From: Candidatus Marinacidobacterales bacterium
GTDB taxonomy: Bacteria; Acidobacteriota; Vicinamibacteria; Marinacidobacterales; SMYC01
DNA: 64,000 bases
Reading direction: 5' to 3'
Assembly (NCBI GenBank): GCA_965224085.1
Contig: CBDCYI010000011.1
Span: 1,568,001-1,632,000, forward strand
Shown here: positions 1-7,906 of the stretch, in pieces
Layout of the letters: every line of letters begins with the position of its first letter
Position numbering within the stretch: the stretch's first letter is position 1
Notes under the pieces: model-generated
What the model saw: only the letters and a program-made list of their open reading frames with translations
Told to the model about the DNA's origin: nothing
Database searches by the model: none
Program-made: the position numbers and the translations under genes

Positions 1-8
1 TTCACTTC

Positions 9-1046
9 CTAGCTCTCACGGAGACTCGACCAATAGGCTCCGTGCGCCTGGCGCACCTCACTAACGAGCTCCTGGGCCGCCTTTCCGAAATCCGCAGCCT
101 CCGGCGTCTGCTCGCCGGTCATGACCGCGAGCGTAGAGACGATAGACTTCTCGAGCGCGTGTAGGTCATAACCACCTTCGAGCGCGAACACGACCTTCCC
201 CTCACAGGTGCTCCTCGCGAGCCGTAGAATCTCTTGCGTGATGCCGGCATAGCCATCGCGTGTGAGATTCATGCCGCCGAGCGGGTCGTCTCGATGTGCG
301 TCGAAGCCCGCCGAGACGAGGACGAGCTCGGGCGCAAACTCGAGTCCGACGGGAACCACGACATCGCGAAAGACTCGCAGAAATTCCGGATCTCCCATCC
401 CGGGTGGCATCGGTACGTTGAGCGTGAATCCCTCGCCTTCCTCTTTGCCGATCTCGGTCAAGTCGCCCGTGCCGGGATAGTGCCCCGACTGGTGGGTCGA
501 CACAAAGAGGACTTCGGGTGATGTATAAAACACTTTTTGCGTCCCGTTTCCGTGGTGGACGTCGAAATCCAGGATCAAGATCCTCTTGACCTGATATCGT
601 TTCTGCGCGTATTGGGCTGCGATGGCAACGTTGTTGAAAACGCAAAAGCCCATGGATTTGTCCGGCTTCGCGTGATGTCCGGGCGGCCGAGGAAAGGCGA
701 AAGCGTTCGTGACCTTCCCGTCCATGACCGCCTCGGTCGCCGTCAATACAGAGCCCGCAGCGAGGTGTGCCACATCTGCCGTGTCCGGAGATGTGACCGT
801 ATCCGAGTCCAAATGGGTCCGTTTCTGTCCCGCGGATTCGAGGACCTCTTCATATAAGCGGTCCCAATGCACGAGCAGTATTTCTTCCCGCTCCGCGATA
901 CGCAGCGGGAGTGCTTTGATTTTCTCTGCCAGCGAGGGATCGCGAAGAGCACGGGCGACCGCATCGACACGAGCTACCGAGTCGGGGTGGCCTCTTCCAC
1001 TATCGTGCTTCTTGAAATCTTCGGTGAAAATGACGCCTGTCCTCAT
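9..1046 (-). CDS. Zn-dependent histone deacetylase-family (class II/AcuC/APAH-like) hydrolase
   Basis: Motifs RPPGHHA, GFCVFNN, DFDVHHGNGTQ, SAGFDAH and LEGGY. Confidence 0.93.
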   Translation of the reverse strand: MRTGVIFTEDFKKHDSGRGHPDSVARVDAVARALRDPSLAEKIKALPLRIAEREEILLVHWDRLYEEVLESAGQKRTHLDSDTVTSPDTADVAHLAAGSVLTATEAVMDGKVTNAFAFPRPPGHHAKPDKSMGFCVFNNVAIAAQYAQKRYQVKRILILDFDVHHGNGTQKVFYTSPEVLFVSTHQSGHYPGTGDLTEIGKEEGEGFTLNVPMPPGMGDPEFLRVFRDVVVPVGLEFAPELVLVSAGFDAHRDDPLGGMNLTRDGYAGITQEILRLARSTCEGKVVFALEGGYDLHALEKSIVSTLAVMTGEQTPEAADFGKAAQELVSEVRQAHGAYWSSLRES

Positions 1047-1139
1047 CCTCTCACCTCTTGACGGTCTTTGCAGCCTTTACGCGCGCATTTGACCGCATGC
1101 GTGTTCCGAGCTCGATAGTGGTGACGACAGTGCTTCAAT

Positions 1140-2381
1140 TTATGCTAGGTGGTGCTTGAGCAACAGTGCTCCGTTGGTTCCCCCGAATCCGAACGAGTTC
1201 GAAAGAGCGTATTCGAACGAAAGTTTCCGAGCCTCGTTCGGAACGTAATCCAAGCTGCATTCGGGGTCCGGATTCTCATAGTTCGTCGTCGGGGGCACTA
1301 TTTGTTTTTTCAAAGCGAGGGCGGTAATCCCGGCTTCGAGCCCCCCGGCACCTCCGAGGAGATGGCCCGTCATGGACTTCGTGGAGCTTATAGCTAACTG
1401 CTTCGCGTGGTCGCCGAACACGGCGCGGATCGCCAGGGTCTCTGTACGGTCGTTATAGACGGTGGACGTGCCATGCGCGTTGACATATCCGACATCGGTC
1501 AGCGCGATTCCCGCATCGGCGATCGCGTTCCGCATGACGCGCTGCGCGCCATCCCCGCTTTCCGACGGTGTGGTCATGTGATAAGCGTCGGAGCTCATGC
1601 CATAACCCACGAGCTCCGCATGGATGTCCGCGCCACGCGCCTTCGCACCTTCGAGCTCCTCGAGTACGAGGACGCCGGCACCTTCACCGACAACAAAGCC
1701 GTCGCGATCTTTGTCGAACGGGCGTGAAGCTCGCTCGGGATCGTCGTTGCGGACCGAGAGCGCTTTCATGGCCGCAAAGCCCCCGATACCCATCGGCGTA
1801 ATCGCAGCCTCGGACCCGCCAGCGATCATCGCATCCGCGTCGCCACGCTGAATGATCTTCATCGCGTCGCCGATAGCGTGGGCGCTGGCCGAGCAGGCGG
1901 TCGCGGTAGCCGAGTTGGGCCCTTTGGCCCCGAAGCGGATCGAGACTTGGCCCGCCGCGAGATTGATGATGGTTGCCGGGATGAAGAAAGGTGAAATGCG
2001 ACGGGGGCCTCCATTCAAGAGGGCGGTGTGCTCTCGCTCGATGGTACCGAAGCCGCCAATACCGGACGCGATGAAAACACCCACGCGCGCGGCATTATCT
2101 TCCTCTATCAAGAAGCCCGAATCTTCCACGGCGATCTCGGATGCCGCCAACGCATATTGGATGAAGGCGTCCATCTTCTTGACGTCTTTTTTCGGGATGA
2201 AACGAAGAGGATCGAAATCCTTGAGCTCACCCGCAATGCGCACGCTGAAATCGGACGCGTCGAAATGCGTAACCGGCCCGATACCCGACCTGCCGGCCAA
2301 CAAACCTTCCCACGTCTCCTTCGTGCCGAGCCCAAGCGCCGAAACGAGCCCGATACCCGTAATGGCTACTCTACGATTCAA
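1140..2381 (-). CDS. fabF: 3-oxoacyl-ACP synthase II
   Basis: TACSASAHAIG catalytic Cys, NAHGTST, KSMTGHLLG and NSFGFGGTN; fab cluster context. Confidence 0.97.
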   Translation of the reverse strand: MNRRVAITGIGLVSALGLGTKETWEGLLAGRSGIGPVTHFDASDFSVRIAGELKDFDPLRFIPKKDVKKMDAFIQYALAASEIAVEDSGFLIEEDNAARVGVFIASGIGGFGTIEREHTALLNGGPRRISPFFIPATIINLAAGQVSIRFGAKGPNSATATACSASAHAIGDAMKIIQRGDADAMIAGGSEAAITPMGIGGFAAMKALSVRNDDPERASRPFDKDRDGFVVGEGAGVLVLEELEGAKARGADIHAELVGYGMSSDAYHMTTPSESGDGAQRVMRNAIADAGIALTDVGYVNAHGTSTVYNDRTETLAIRAVFGDHAKQLAISSTKSMTGHLLGGAGGLEAGITALALKKQIVPPTTNYENPDPECSLDYVPNEARKLSFEYALSNSFGFGGTNGALLLKHHLA

Positions 2382-2441
2382 AAGCCCTCCGCCGCCCAGC
2401 GACTACTAAGTGCTGACCACTAACACCGAAGCCAAGCAAAA

Positions 2442-2678
2442 TCACTTACCGTGCTCGGTAATATAAGAGATCGCCTCCCTGACACGGGTGATCTTCTCCG
2501 CATCTTCATCGGGAATCTCGACGCCAAACTCTTCCTCGAGCGCCATGACGAGCTCCATTTGGTCGAGAGAATCAGCGCCGAGGTCATCGACGAACGAAGC
2601 GTCTTCCGTAACCTGATCCTCGCTGACGCCGAGCTGCTCGATGATAATGCCTTTTACTTTATCTGGAATCTTACTCAT
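2442..2678 (-). CDS. acpP: Acyl carrier protein
   Basis: DLGADSLD phosphopantetheine motif; ATG at 2678 follows a GAGGAGG SD. Confidence 0.97.
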   Translation of the reverse strand: MSKIPDKVKGIIIEQLGVSEDQVTEDASFVDDLGADSLDQMELVMALEEEFGVEIPDEDAEKITRVREAISYITEHGK

Positions 2679-2689
2679 GGAATCCCTCC

Positions 2690-3424
2690 TCACATGTATA
2701 AACCGCCATTGACTTGCAAAACTTGTCCTGTAACGTAACTCGCGCCTTCGGACGCAAGGTACAACACCGCGGCCGCCACATCCGACGGTTGGCCGATGCG
2801 CTTCATCGGGATCGCCTCGTGGAGCGCCTCAGTCGCCCCTTGCGCAAGCTCCCGCGTCATATCGGTCTCGATATAACCAGGGGCAATCGCATTCACCGTA
2901 ACGTTACGAGAAGCGACTTCACGGGCGAGCGCTTTGGTAAAACCCAAAATCGCGGCCTTAGACGCCGCATAATTGACCTGTCCCGCATTCCCCATCAGGC
3001 CGACAACAGAGCTCATGTTGATGACGCGCCCGGAGCGCTGGCGAATCATAGGCCGGAGAACTGCCTGGCTGCAATAGTAGAGCGCGTTGACGTTCGTCGC
3101 CATAACCGTGTTCCACTCTTCCGGCTTCATCCGCATGAGCAAGTTGTCTCGCGTGATACCGGCATTGTTGACGAGAATGTCGATACGTTCATGCTTGTCG
3201 AGAACCGATTTGATCACACGGTCGACGGCCTCCCGGTCGGAGACGTCCATCGCGAGACCTTGGGAGCCGGAGCCAAGCTGTTCGGCAGTCTTCCGCGCGC
3301 GATCTTCGCTACGCCCGGTGAGGACAACCCGCACACCCCGCTTTGCTAAAGCAGCGGCAATCGCGCGTCCGATGCCGCGGGAGCCTCCGGTGACGAGAGC
3401 GAGCTTTGCATCCCATTCAGACAA
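2690..3424 (-). CDS. fabG: 3-oxoacyl-ACP reductase
   Basis: SDR motifs [16 protein letters not shown] and YAASK; lies between fabD and acpP. Confidence 0.96.
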   Translation of the reverse strand: MSEWDAKLALVTGGSRGIGRAIAAALAKRGVRVVLTGRSEDRARKTAEQLGSGSQGLAMDVSDREAVDRVIKSVLDKHERIDILVNNAGITRDNLLMRMKPEEWNTVMATNVNALYYCSQAVLRPMIRQRSGRVINMSSVVGLMGNAGQVNYAASKAAILGFTKALAREVASRNVTVNAIAPGYIETDMTRELAQGATEALHEAIPMKRIGQPSDVAAAVLYLASEGASYVTGQVLQVNGGLYM

Positions 3425-4361
3425 CGCTCGCCTCCGTCAAACGTTTCACGCCGTCGGACGAGCTCACCGTGAGCGTCTCTACATTCTTGACGATCTTCCT
3501 CACGAGCCCGGAAAGAACTTTAGAAGGCCCGACTTCCACAAATCGCTCAACACCTGCGGTGGCCATGGCCCCGACGATGGCCTCCCAGCGAACGGGTGAG
3601 GCCACTTGTCGCTCGAGTGCGTCACGCGCCGCCGCCCCAGAGGTGATGGCCTCTGCATCGACATTCGTGAAAAGGGGCACATCGAAATCTCGGAACGCTG
3701 TGCTCCCTAAATCCTTGGCGAGCTCGACCGCGGCAGGCTTCATGAGCGTGCAATGAAACGGCGCGCTCACCGCAAGCCGCAGAGCCCTGCGCGCGCCGCG
3801 CTCTTTGGCGAGCGCGCAAGCACGATCGACGGCCTCTCGGTGTCCCGCAATGACGACTTGCCGCCCGCCATTCAAATTGGCGGGCTCGAGCACTTGCCCC
3901 TCACGGGCGTCGCGGCAAAGAGCTTCGACGTCATCGACAGAAAGTCCCAGAATGGCCGCCATCGCACCGACGCCGACGGGCACTGCGTCTTGCATATATC
4001 GCCCACGCTTTCTCACGAGCGTGACCGCGTCCGAGAAGCTCAACCCGCCCGCGGCCACAAGGGCCGAATATTCACCGACACTGTGTCCTGCCACATAATC
4101 CGGCTTGATACCGGCGCCGCGCAGAACTTCCCAAAGGGCGATACTCGTAGTCAAGATCGCGGGCTGCGTATTTTCGGTAAGTTTGAGCTCCTCGTCCGGG
4201 CCTTCGAAACAGAGCTTCTTGATCGAAAACCCGAGCGCTTTGTCGGCTGTCTCGAAAACCCGACGGGCGCGGTCGTAGCTCTCGAACGCGTCTTTCCCCA
4301 TTCCCGTCTCTTGCGAGCCCTGTCCGGGAAAGAGGAGCGCAATCTTACCTTCTCCACTCAT
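3417..4361 (-). CDS. fabD: Malonyl-CoA:ACP transacylase
   Basis: FPGQGSQ, GHSVGEY and SAPFH motifs. Confidence 0.96.
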   Translation of the reverse strand: MSGEGKIALLFPGQGSQETGMGKDAFESYDRARRVFETADKALGFSIKKLCFEGPDEELKLTENTQPAILTTSIALWEVLRGAGIKPDYVAGHSVGEYSALVAAGGLSFSDAVTLVRKRGRYMQDAVPVGVGAMAAILGLSVDDVEALCRDAREGQVLEPANLNGGRQVVIAGHREAVDRACALAKERGARRALRLAVSAPFHCTLMKPAAVELAKDLGSTAFRDFDVPLFTNVDAEAITSGAAARDALERQVASPVRWEAIVGAMATAGVERFVEVGPSKVLSGLVRKIVKNVETLTVSSSDGVKRLTEASVV

Positions 4362-4443
4362 CGAAGCATGCCTTCCCTTGTTCCATCGCCCGCTCGGGTC
4401 ACGTGGATTCGACCGAGAGAAACACGCAGGATGTGCCCCCGCG

Positions 4444-4558
4444 CTAGCAGCCGAACCCGCTAATGCTACCGTGAATTCCTGGCCTTGGCCTTGTGCAGCG
4501 AGCGAAGTCGAACGTAGCCTTCGGCGCCGGCGGACACGCTCTGCGGTTCGAGCACTAG
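4444..4558. mobile_element. Putative MITE-like element (about 115 bp) bounded by CTAG at both ends
   Basis: Imperfect terminal inverted repeats CTAGCAGCCGAACCCGC ... GCGGTTCGAGCACTAG; the right-hand CTAG contains the rpmF stop codon. Confidence 0.5.
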
Positions 4559-4737
4559 CGCTCTTTGACTTCCATCACTTGGGCACCCTTGTAGTACCCA
4601 CAATTTGGACACACTCGGTGTGGATGTTTGGCTTGGTGGCAATGCGGACACTCGGAGAGCGGCTTGTGAACGAGCGCATTATGTGCCCGGCGTTTACCTC
4701 GCCGGCTCTTCGAATGTCTACTCTTGGGATTGGCCAT
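4555..4737 (-). CDS. rpmF: 50S ribosomal protein L32 (Zn-ribbon form)
   Basis: MANPKSRHSKSRRGKRRAH followed by CPHC...CPNCGYY. Confidence 0.97.
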   Translation of the reverse strand: MANPKSRHSKSRRGKRRAHNALVHKPLSECPHCHQAKHPHRVCPNCGYYKGAQVMEVKER

Positions 4738-4785
4738 TTTCGAATAATCTCCTTTGCCGGCCTTGGCGTCCTTGTCGGGCCGAGC

Positions 4786-5322
4786 TCACGGGTCGATCAG
4801 GCCGTTCAACGCCTGCCGTCTCGGGTCGGTATCGTCTTGAACGCAACTGCAGCTAGCCGCGTTGCGATTGACCCCGCAGTCGGGACACAAGCCCTCGCAA
4901 TCAATCTTGCAGAGTGGCTTCATCGGAAGTGCGAGAACGATCTGCTCCCAAGCCATATGCGACAGATCGAGCTGGTCGTCACGATAGAAGGCCACTAAAA
5001 GCTCGTCTTCGCCCAAACCTCGGTCGTCCTCTCCTGCCCGAGCGACGTTTTTGGATTGAGGCAAATAGTGAAGGTCCAAATTCTCGCGAAGCTCTGTTTC
5101 GAACGGTATGAGACACCGACCACAAGCGAGCTCGACATCCGCAGCAAGGCGACCCGTCAGTCGAAACGCTCGCTTGTCATCATCCGTGCTCGAGATGCGA
5201 CCGATGACCCGAGCGGGCTCCGCGAGCCGAAACTCAAGCCTTCGCGTGCCCTCGTCCGCGAGACTTACCGCGTGATCGATGGCCTGACCCTCCACGGGCA
5301 CCTTTCGCAAATCGACTAACAC
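4786..5322 (-). CDS. yceD: YceD/DUF177 family protein
   Basis: CGRCL and LALPMKPLCKIDCEGLCPDCG motifs; directly upstream of rpmF. Confidence 0.92.
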   Translation of the reverse strand: MLVDLRKVPVEGQAIDHAVSLADEGTRRLEFRLAEPARVIGRISSTDDDKRAFRLTGRLAADVELACGRCLIPFETELRENLDLHYLPQSKNVARAGEDDRGLGEDELLVAFYRDDQLDLSHMAWEQIVLALPMKPLCKIDCEGLCPDCGVNRNAASCSCVQDDTDPRRQALNGLIDP

Positions 5323-5348
5323 GTTGAGTCTCTTACGTTAAGCGGTGA

Positions 5349-5376
5349 ATTATAGCACGCGAGCTTACCTCGTCAA
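5349..5376 (-). promoter_or_regulatory. Sigma70-type promoter of the yceD-rpmF-fab operon
   Basis: Minus strand TTGACG-N16-TATAAT with an extended TG and an upstream A/T-rich, UP-like tract. Confidence 0.75.
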
Positions 5377-5424
5377 TAAAGGTGAATAAAAAGCAAATAA
5401 AAACAACCATTGTGACGAAGAGAT

Positions 5425-5688
5425 TTACTCTTTTTGCTCGGTTTGCTCGGCAACGCGTTCGAGATTCATGTAGTTGCCGAATTGGCGGTTTCCACTGATC
5501 GTGGAGATGGCATGCTTGAAAAGCATCTGGTCGACGCCGCCACTTTCCAAAATGATGGCAAAGCGGTCGAAGTTCTTGATTCGCCCCGTCAGCTTGGCCC
5601 CGTTTACCAGATAAATGGTCAGGTTGATCCGCTCTCTTCGTACGTGGTTCAGGAAGCTGTCTTGAACGTTAGGGGCCTGTTTCTGCAT
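5425..5688 (-). CDS. hfq: RNA chaperone Hfq
   Basis: NVQDSFLN, YLVNGAKLTG and MLFKHAISTI; start reassigned to ATG 5688 with a GGAG SD; follows miaA. Confidence 0.96.
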   Translation of the reverse strand: MQKQAPNVQDSFLNHVRRERINLTIYLVNGAKLTGRIKNFDRFAIILESGGVDQMLFKHAISTISGNRQFGNYMNLERVAEQTEQKE

Positions 5689-6643
5689 GAACTGTCTCCA
5701 CATTCCGGCCGGGCCGGCCGAGGCCGAGCTCCTGCCCAAGATATTGCAGCACCGCATCCTGAACGGGAGCATCGTCGCCGCTGCCGCGAAACCATTCGAC
5801 GCCCTGTTCTCGACGGAACCACGTCATCTGCCGTTTCGCATATTGCATCGTCGCAAGAGTAATGGCCGCAAGCATTCGATCCTCGTCGAGCCTGCCCGCG
5901 AGATAGTCGATCGTCTCGCGATAGCCGATGGCTTTGAACGCCGGAAGGTTCTCGCCATGCTCACGACAGAGTCCACGCACTTCATCGACGAAACCCCTTG
6001 CAAACATTTTTTTGACTCGCCTTCCGATTCTTTTTTCGAGCTCCTCGCGGCTCAGCGTCAGGCCGACTAGTATAACTTGGAAGTCCGATAACGGGCTTCG
6101 GCGCGCTCCCATCAACTCGCTCATCGGCTGACCACTTTCTATTTGCACCTCGAGGGCTCGGATGATCCGAACGCGATCGTTCGGATGGATCCGCTTAGCA
6201 GAGGCACGATCCCATTGCCCTAGAATACGATGCAATCGTTTCGAACCTCGACGCTCGGCGATCCTGGTGAGACGCTCACGAATCTCCGGCGAGCGCCCGG
6301 GGCCTTCGAAAAGCCCCCGACGTAGCGCGCGCAGATAAAGTCCCGATCCGCCAACCACAACCGGCAGTTTCTTTCTTCTTGCGATGTCTTCGATGACCGG
6401 CACCGCTAGAGTGATGTAATCCGCCGCCGAGAATTCTTGGTCGGGCGGCATCTGGTCGACAAGATGATGAGCGATACCTCCTCGCTCATCCGGCGGAACC
6501 TTTGCGGTACCGATGTGAAGCTGTTCGTATATCTGAAGCGCGTCGCAACCGACGATTTCACCTTCGAGCTCACGAGCAACTCGGATCCCGAGATCGCTCT
6601 TACCCGACCCGGTCGGCCCGACAACAGCTACCAAGCGCTTCAT
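5669..6643 (-). CDS. miaA: tRNA dimethylallyltransferase
   Basis: GPTGSGKS, IGTAK, VGGSGLY and YAKRQMTWF motifs. Confidence 0.96.
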   Translation of the reverse strand: MKRLVAVVGPTGSGKSDLGIRVARELEGEIVGCDALQIYEQLHIGTAKVPPDERGGIAHHLVDQMPPDQEFSAADYITLAVPVIEDIARRKKLPVVVGGSGLYLRALRRGLFEGPGRSPEIRERLTRIAERRGSKRLHRILGQWDRASAKRIHPNDRVRIIRALEVQIESGQPMSELMGARRSPLSDFQVILVGLTLSREELEKRIGRRVKKMFARGFVDEVRGLCREHGENLPAFKAIGYRETIDYLAGRLDEDRMLAAITLATMQYAKRQMTWFRREQGVEWFRGSGDDAPVQDAVLQYLGQELGLGRPGRNVETVHAETGP

Positions 6644-6729
6644 TGAAAACGCCAACGTACGAACAGCGTTACCAGGATGAAACTGCCCAGCACCACCGCT
6701 CCCACAAGCTGTGCGCGCGTGAGCCCCAT
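6640..6729 (-). CDS. Small single-TM protein, 29 aa (MGLTRAQLVGAVVLGSFILVTLFVRWRFQ)
   Basis: Translated manually. It fills the gap between the DUF4388 gene and miaA, its TGA overlaps the miaA ATG (ATGA), and it has a hydrophobic core followed by RWR. Confidence 0.6.
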   Translation of the reverse strand: MGLTRAQLVGAVVLGSFILVTLFVRWRFQ

Positions 6730-6739
6730 GAAAGAGGAT

Positions 6740-7903
6740 CTATCCGGCAGCCTCGTTCTGCATCTCACGAAACAGCTGGATGAGCTGGCTCTCGTGGGAT
6801 GCGCCGAGCGTTCGCTTCACCGCAAGCAGCTCCGAGTAAAGCAGCTCGTTCAACGCCGAGATCAAGCGGTCGTGGCGTTCTCCCTCCGGAAGACGCTCGA
6901 GGTTTTGCTCGAGCTGTGCGGGATCGAGGGCTCCGCCCTGCCGCAAGCGAACCCGGTCGAAAAGAGAGCCCGGACGCTCTTTGAGCTCTTTCAAGTATTT
7001 CTCGAGGATGATCTCGGCAATCGGGCCGACCTCCTCCGACATATGTCGGAAAAGCCGACGAAACATTTCGTTGTAGAGCTCGACGACGGACGTGTAATCC
7101 TGACTGTCATCGAGTGTTTTCTGCAAAGTTGCTTGCGTCGGTCCATGCGATTTCAATACTCCGATGGCGAGAAAAGAATGAAGAACCTTTCGTGTCTCGG
7201 CCTCACCAATCTCGCTTTCTTGACAGATGTCGGAGATCGCACGCTCGCCGTCGGCAAGCTCGATGACGTGACGCTCGTGCGGGTCGAGTTCGACAGGTGG
7301 CTCCTTGTTCTCTCGATGGAGCACCGAATCCATGGACAGAAAGTGCTCTCGAATGGCACCGGTGCCGTCGGAGCGCCGGATGCCTTCCACGACGAGCTTT
7401 TCGACGTCGAGGTCGAAGGTGATTTTTTCCTTTCGGGGTTGTTCGTCTTCATCGAAATGAAAATAGCCATCTTCCCAGTTGAAGATGCTCCAGACGATCT
7501 CCTTCACTTGCTGCTCGATCGCCCACCAGAGATCTTTTGGCGACAAGACGCCGCTTTCTACGAGAGCTTTCCCGAGACGCTGCCCGCCTCGGATCATCTG
7601 CGAGAGGCGCAGATACTCATCCGCAGAAATCTTTCCGCCCCGCAGCAAAACTTCGCCCAGCCTGTCTTGGGTGAGGCTCGAAGCAGCAAAGACGAGCTTG
7701 CCGTCGAGGAAGTAGATGGATTTCCGCACGCCGGCATTCACGAGGGAGACGACCCCGGTGCGCTTCGCGTCCTTCAGAATAGAGAGCACCGTTGGGAGCC
7801 CGACATCGGAAAGTCGGCCCCGTAGCGTGCCACGCTCCGCGGTACTGTCGGCACTCCTTGCGTTGGACGAGCTCATAAGCGTCAGGAAGACTGGGTAGAA
7901 CAC
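6740..7903 (-). CDS. DUF4388 (PATAN-like) domain protein with an unknown helical C-terminal domain
   Basis: LRGRLSDVGLPTVL...RTGVV...IYFLDGKLVFA, DRLGEVLL and FNWEDGYFHF; start uncertain. Confidence 0.8.
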   Translation of the reverse strand: MFYPVFLTLMSSSNARSADSTAERGTLRGRLSDVGLPTVLSILKDAKRTGVVSLVNAGVRKSIYFLDGKLVFAASSLTQDRLGEVLLRGGKISADEYLRLSQMIRGGQRLGKALVESGVLSPKDLWWAIEQQVKEIVWSIFNWEDGYFHFDEDEQPRKEKITFDLDVEKLVVEGIRRSDGTGAIREHFLSMDSVLHRENKEPPVELDPHERHVIELADGERAISDICQESEIGEAETRKVLHSFLAIGVLKSHGPTQATLQKTLDDSQDYTSVVELYNEMFRRLFRHMSEEVGPIAEIILEKYLKELKERPGSLFDRVRLRQGGALDPAQLEQNLERLPEGERHDRLISALNELLYSELLAVKRTLGASHESQLIQLFREMQNEAAG

Positions 7904-7906
7904 ATG

